From: an uncultured virus (IMG/VR IMGVR_UViG_3300021255_001592)
Taxonomy: Duplodnaviria; Heunggongvirae; Uroviricota; Caudoviricetes; Crassvirales
Direction: 5' to 3' (one strand)
DNA: 20,000 nucleotides
IMG/VR virus record: IMGVR_UViG_3300021255_001592
The notes beneath the pieces were generated by a model. The model saw only the letters and a program-made list of their open reading frames with translations, ran no database searches and was not told the DNA's origin. Positions 16,139-20,000 of this stretch are shown in pieces. Both the position numbers and the translations under genes were made by a program. The first letter of the stretch is position 1. The number at the start of each line of letters is the position of its first letter.

Positions 16139-17238
16139 TGTCTTATTGAGTGTAAATATCTGTAAATATTATCCAATGCCTGAGTGTCTGTAGGAGGAGG
16201 AAGCTCCCTGAAATCACATACAGCACCATCAAAGAATAAGGGTATCATTCCTCCAAGGTCGCCATCCCTATTGGTAAGCACCTCACAGAACCTTATATTA
16301 TCCCTGAGCTTCTTAATGTCATAATCAAAGCAATCTGTGAGACCAAATCTAAATGGAGCAAATAATCCAAGAACCACATTGGCATCATGAGAAGTATACT
16401 TTGAGTCTCCCAAAGCATAAGTGGTAGGCCTGATTCTACCAAGCTTAAATGCCTCATTGTTCTCTGAGTCAGCACTTTGCTGTTGAATAACCACAGGAGA
16501 AAACCCGTACCTGTTTCTAAGATACTTGGCAAGATACTCTGATAGCTTATTGATACTTTGTCTCTTATCCATTCCCCTCTCAGTATCTATAAGATTGATA
16601 GTATCTATTATTATAAGCTTATACTCATCAGGATCATCGGGAACATAGCTCTCAAACACCTCAGCATCTTGCTCAACTCCAAACTCATCCTTTTTCTTAA
16701 TCTTGAGATAATGAGTAGTCCCATGCTCCTCAGCATATTGCCTACAGTCTTTATATATTCCAGTAGGGTTAGTGGAATCATAGAACTGTATGCAGGACTC
16801 ATAAAACTCAAGAAGTCTTTTGTTCTCAGGAAGCTCAAAAAAGTCAATAACTTCTTGATCAAGAGCTGTCTGGGTACTTCTTAACTCTTTTGGAGATTTT
16901 CTTTTGCCTGTCCTCATATAATACACATAGGACATGAATCTTTGGGTAATCCTTTCAGGAGTCTCCTCAAGAGGAAAATAAAGAACCTTCACCTTAAGAT
17001 TCTTCTCTGGATGATAATATGCATATAATATGGGACGGTAAATAAACACATAAGAGGTAAACTGCGTCTTTGAGCCTTTAGTAAGACTTGTGACTACATA
17101 ATAGGTACTCTGCTCTATTCCCACAAAATCATCTGAAAATCTTTCAAAGGGAGAAGGAATACAATTCAAGCCACCATCAAGAATCCTTTGTCTTTTTCTC
17201 TTGATTGACTCTAGGGTATTATCAATAAGCTTTCCCAT
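16135..17238 (-). CDS. DnaB-like SF4 replicative helicase (RecA core only)
   Basis: IPSPF, Walker A-like SLTKGSKT, FPLEE, Walker B IIIDT, VIQQQ, LGDS, DANVVLGL, NRDG. Confidence 0.85.
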   Translation of the reverse strand: MGKLIDNTLESIKRKRQRILDGGLNCIPSPFERFSDDFVGIEQSTYYVVTSLTKGSKTQFTSYVFIYRPILYAYYHPEKNLKVKVLYFPLEETPERITQRFMSYVYYMRTGKRKSPKELRSTQTALDQEVIDFFELPENKRLLEFYESCIQFYDSTNPTGIYKDCRQYAEEHGTTHYLKIKKKDEFGVEQDAEVFESYVPDDPDEYKLIIIDTINLIDTERGMDKRQSINKLSEYLAKYLRNRYGFSPVVIQQQSADSENNEAFKLGRIRPTTYALGDSKYTSHDANVVLGLFAPFRFGLTDCFDYDIKKLRDNIRFCEVLTNRDGDLGGMIPLFFDGAVCDFRELPPPTDTQALDNIYRYLHSIRQ

Positions 17239-17239
17239 C

Positions 17240-17833
17240 TTACCTCAGTTTGACTTCCCAATCAGACATCACATCAGAGTCCTCAGTATCCTCAAGGAAA
17301 CTAAGAAGCTCAGAAGTATACTCAACCTCTCCTGTTCCAGGATTCCTTTTCTCAGCCCACATGAAATATCTGAGAGTTCTCATTTTCTGATAGTTGCCAT
17401 TAAAAGAGTCAATGTATCTCTTAGTGGCATCAAGTATCTCTTCCTCTGTAAACTCTCCATACTTCTGTGTGAATTGCTTCAGCCTTTTTGAGACAAGAGC
17501 CAAACCATCAACCCACCTGCTGTTAGTACCTTCCTTTATTCCCTTGGGGAACAATGCTCTCATCTTGGCTGCGGTATCGAGGAAATTAAGCTCACAGTCC
17601 TTGGTTCCTGTATAGGCGCTCATATTCTCCAAAAGCTCCTTGCCTTTATCAGATATGAAATACTTGGGAGCTGAGTTGTTATAGGAATACTTATACAAAT
17701 ATCCCTTGTTCTTTGTTGACTCAATAGATGCCATGACATCAGCTTCTGAGACTTCATCCATACACAAGAGCATAGCGGCGAATTCTTGCCTAGACACTTC
17801 AAACTTATCAAGTGTCTCCTTTGTTATTTCCAT
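17240..17833 (-). CDS. Putative replisome organiser / replication initiation protein
   Basis: N-terminal wHTH-like segment (KGYL...YFISDKGKELL), then LFPKG...EEEILDATKRY...LRYF; immediately upstream of DnaB. Confidence 0.6.
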   Translation of the reverse strand: MEITKETLDKFEVSRQEFAAMLLCMDEVSEADVMASIESTKNKGYLYKYSYNNSAPKYFISDKGKELLENMSAYTGTKDCELNFLDTAAKMRALFPKGIKEGTNSRWVDGLALVSKRLKQFTQKYGEFTEEEILDATKRYIDSFNGNYQKMRTLRYFMWAEKRNPGTGEVEYTSELLSFLEDTEDSDVMSDWEVKLR

Positions 17834-17957
17834 TACATATCTCCTTTATTATTTTTATTACATAGACCACCAATGGTACTAAGGCAGTCACAATGAGTCC
17901 TAAAAGCAGCATAACAAGTCCACATATAAGCCATATTAATATAATCTTGAGTATCAT
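17808..17957 (-). CDS. Small membrane protein (49 aa); not in ORF track
   Basis: Manual translation MILKIILIWLICGLVMLLLGLIVTALVPLVVYVIKIIKEICNGNNKGDT*; ATGA overlap with the helicase stop. Confidence 0.6.
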   Translation of the reverse strand: MILKIILIWLICGLVMLLLGLIVTALVPLVVYVIKIIKEICNGNNKGDT

Positions 17958-19186
17958 ATAACCTCTCTTATATATTTTGGATTTATACCTTCAATGGCAT
18001 TCTTATAGAATTCCTCATCTCTGGTATTCTTCACATAGAATACATAGATTACAGGATGCTCAGCCCTATATATCCTACCACTCTTTTGAATCCAGCCTCT
18101 TTCCTCACCATCAAGCTGAACAATGATTCCTACTTCTATGTCTCTGAGATTAAGACCTTCCTGACCCATGCCTACAGCATAAATAGAAGAAGTCTTTTTA
18201 TCATTGAAGTCATTGATTATCTTTTGGTTATTGAGTTTCTTAGAATGAATGCATTGTGTTCCCCCAAGAGCCTCAGCCTGCATGACAGAGGTGCAGAAAC
18301 ATATGAACCTCTTATTGCCTAAATTCTTGATGAGACTATATGCCTCAGAGGTCTTCAGTTCTCCAAGAAATCTCTTTCTCTGGCTTCCTATCTGAAGCCA
18401 TTTGTTTTTAAGAGCCACATTTCCAGGATTCCTTAGACTCTGTTTCTTCCAATACTCAAAATCAGCATTAAGCTCATTATATTTCTCCTGCTCACTACAA
18501 TGGATAACCAGTTTACAATGAGGATAAGCCTTTCTATTTGCCGCATACTTGAACCTGTCATTGTAATAACAATGTATCTCCTTTCTGAGATTTTTAGATC
18601 CCCATTCCTTTATATAGGTACATGTATTTGGTCTTGTAGATAGACTCATCGGAACAGCTATAATCTCAGGCTCTGGAAGTATCTCATTATCAATGGCATC
18701 CTGTAACCGTATTTTACTTATAAGAAAGTTGCCGAATGTCATATTGAGAGTGGTTCTAAGAAGCCCAAATTTTCTTCCAGACATAGTAGCTGACATACAT
18801 ATTACATAATCGGCTTTCATTATGGAAAGAAACTCAAGTCTTATTTCACTGTTAAGATGATGTGCCTCATCAAACACTATGGCTTTCCATGGGGTATCAC
18901 ATACTTTCTTTAAGGACGCATAACACTCTATGGTGACATTCTTGAGTACAGCTCTAGCTTGATTCTTGCCAAGATGCTTCTCAAACTCTTCTTTCCAGTT
19001 TTGTTTATGAGCTCTTTCAGCTACAACAATAAGGAACTTGTCATTACTGTTTTTACCAAACAAGTAATTAAATAATTGTATTCCAACAAGAGACTTTCCT
19101 ACTCCTGTTGACCAGCTTAATATAAGCCTCTTGTGTTCTTTAGCCTCATTAATGGCCTCTTGTTGTATTTGTTCTCTTGTTTTCAT
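17954..19186 (-). CDS. Superfamily 2 DExH helicase
   Basis: STGVGKS, DEAHH, SAT, EGLNL, QKSGRIYR. Confidence 0.92.
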   Translation of the reverse strand: MKTREQIQQEAINEAKEHKRLILSWSTGVGKSLVGIQLFNYLFGKNSNDKFLIVVAERAHKQNWKEEFEKHLGKNQARAVLKNVTIECYASLKKVCDTPWKAIVFDEAHHLNSEIRLEFLSIMKADYVICMSATMSGRKFGLLRTTLNMTFGNFLISKIRLQDAIDNEILPEPEIIAVPMSLSTRPNTCTYIKEWGSKNLRKEIHCYYNDRFKYAANRKAYPHCKLVIHCSEQEKYNELNADFEYWKKQSLRNPGNVALKNKWLQIGSQRKRFLGELKTSEAYSLIKNLGNKRFICFCTSVMQAEALGGTQCIHSKKLNNQKIINDFNDKKTSSIYAVGMGQEGLNLRDIEVGIIVQLDGEERGWIQKSGRIYRAEHPVIYVFYVKNTRDEEFYKNAIEGINPKYIREVI

Positions 19187-19195
19187 AAAATTATC

Positions 19196-19738
19196 TTAGC
19201 AATGCCATTCTATACCACAGACAAAGGTAACATCATTTTTCTCAGCTTCCTTACTAAGATTTTCAGCTGCCTTTTCTGCCATCTTACGCTTTGTATCAAG
19301 TGTCTTCCAGTTTGAATCTGAAATAATCTTCTTACTTCCGCAAACTGGACATTCCTTGAATCTATGTCCATATTTTAGACTGATTGATGAGCCACAAGAT
19401 GGACAAGCCACTTTAGCAGACTTTCTACCATAGGATATAGTGAGATTCTTTTCAAAGTCAAGATACTCATTATACCTACTAATAAACATAGTATAGGCAT
19501 TCTGATATGCCTTTGATAGTTTCTTGGTAACACATGCCGCCATGTAAGCGGTATTTCCACCATAACTGGTACTCGTGATAAAGTTTCTGGCACTCTCTGA
19601 ACTAGAGAATGTCCTGTCAGTTATCTTTACTTTAGTCACTTCTTGTCTTCCACCATAATCGGTATCGAACTCAAATCCCATGAACTCTCTAATGAGAGTC
19701 AGTGGATTTCTACTTGTATTGGTGTGCCATTCATGCAT
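19196..19738 (-). CDS. Zinc-ribbon protein
   Basis: CPSC-x13-CPVC flanked by helical segments. Confidence 0.7.
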   Translation of the reverse strand: MHEWHTNTSRNPLTLIREFMGFEFDTDYGGRQEVTKVKITDRTFSSSESARNFITSTSYGGNTAYMAACVTKKLSKAYQNAYTMFISRYNEYLDFEKNLTISYGRKSAKVACPSCGSSISLKYGHRFKECPVCGSKKIISDSNWKTLDTKRKMAEKAAENLSKEAEKNDVTFVCGIEWHC

Positions 19739-19751
19739 AGTTAACTAATCT

Positions 19752-19964
19752 TTATTTTATATTCTTCAATTCTTTAAATTTGTCAGACAATTTTTTAACC
19801 ATTGACTTACATACCTCAATTTCCCACAAACACTCATTAGATTTCACCTCGTCAAGGTACAATCGTTGCTCCTCCTTTGTTTTTCTCAAAGGACAGTTTT
19901 CCTTGCATGGCCTGAGGTCAAGGCAGCAAAGGTTATTCTTTCGTAGCCTGATGCACTTGCTCAT
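19752..19964 (-). CDS. Small Cys-rich hypothetical protein
   Basis: 70-aa ORF, same orientation as its neighbours, N-terminal Cys cluster. Confidence 0.55.
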   Translation of the reverse strand: MSKCIRLRKNNLCCLDLRPCKENCPLRKTKEEQRLYLDEVKSNECLWEIEVCKSMVKKLSDKFKELKNIK

Positions 19965-20000
19965 CCTTCGTAAGAAAATAAGCGTCCTTCATCGCCTCAG

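Noticed and set aside
13..19315. All plus-strand ORFs in the track (e.g. 1086..1406, 4602..4934, 12413..12832, 14434..14859)
   Set aside because: They are antisense shadows of well-supported minus-strand genes and show no recognisable motifs
2386..19593. Short minus-strand ORFs nested out of frame in larger genes (e.g. 2386..2658, 4019..4384, 14849..15154, 16293..16532, 19375..19593)
   Set aside because: They lie within or almost wholly overlap motif-bearing or better-supported genes; no independent evidence
19933..20000. Possible 3' end of an upstream minus-strand gene (...EAMKDAYFLTKDEQVHQATKE*)
   Set aside because: Only ~21 codons are visible at the window edge; cannot be supported

Overview
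A single-orientation (minus-strand) phage replication module whose gene set and order point to a crAss-like (Crassvirales) phage of Bacteroidota; the taxonomy is inferred from gene content, not from a search. In transcription order it holds an SF2 helicase, replisome organiser, DnaB, Sak4-like ATPase, SSB-like protein, primase, UDG, two PD-(D/E)XK nucleases, PolA, a thioredoxin-fold protein and ThyX. Two things stand out. (1) Between primase and UDG lies a tightly coupled, apparently complete ubiquitin-like conjugation cassette: a Ubl precursor with an internal SGG, a strong hairpin, an E2-like protein, a JAB peptidase, an E1/ThiF enzyme and an orphan ORF. (2) After the thyX terminator, a >=566-aa ORF missing from the ORF track (1700 to the left window edge) encodes a polyvalent-protein ADP-ribosyltransferase interrupted by a GNAT acetyltransferase domain. 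Two further small genes absent from the track were found by manual translation. All family assignments rest on motif recognition by eye.
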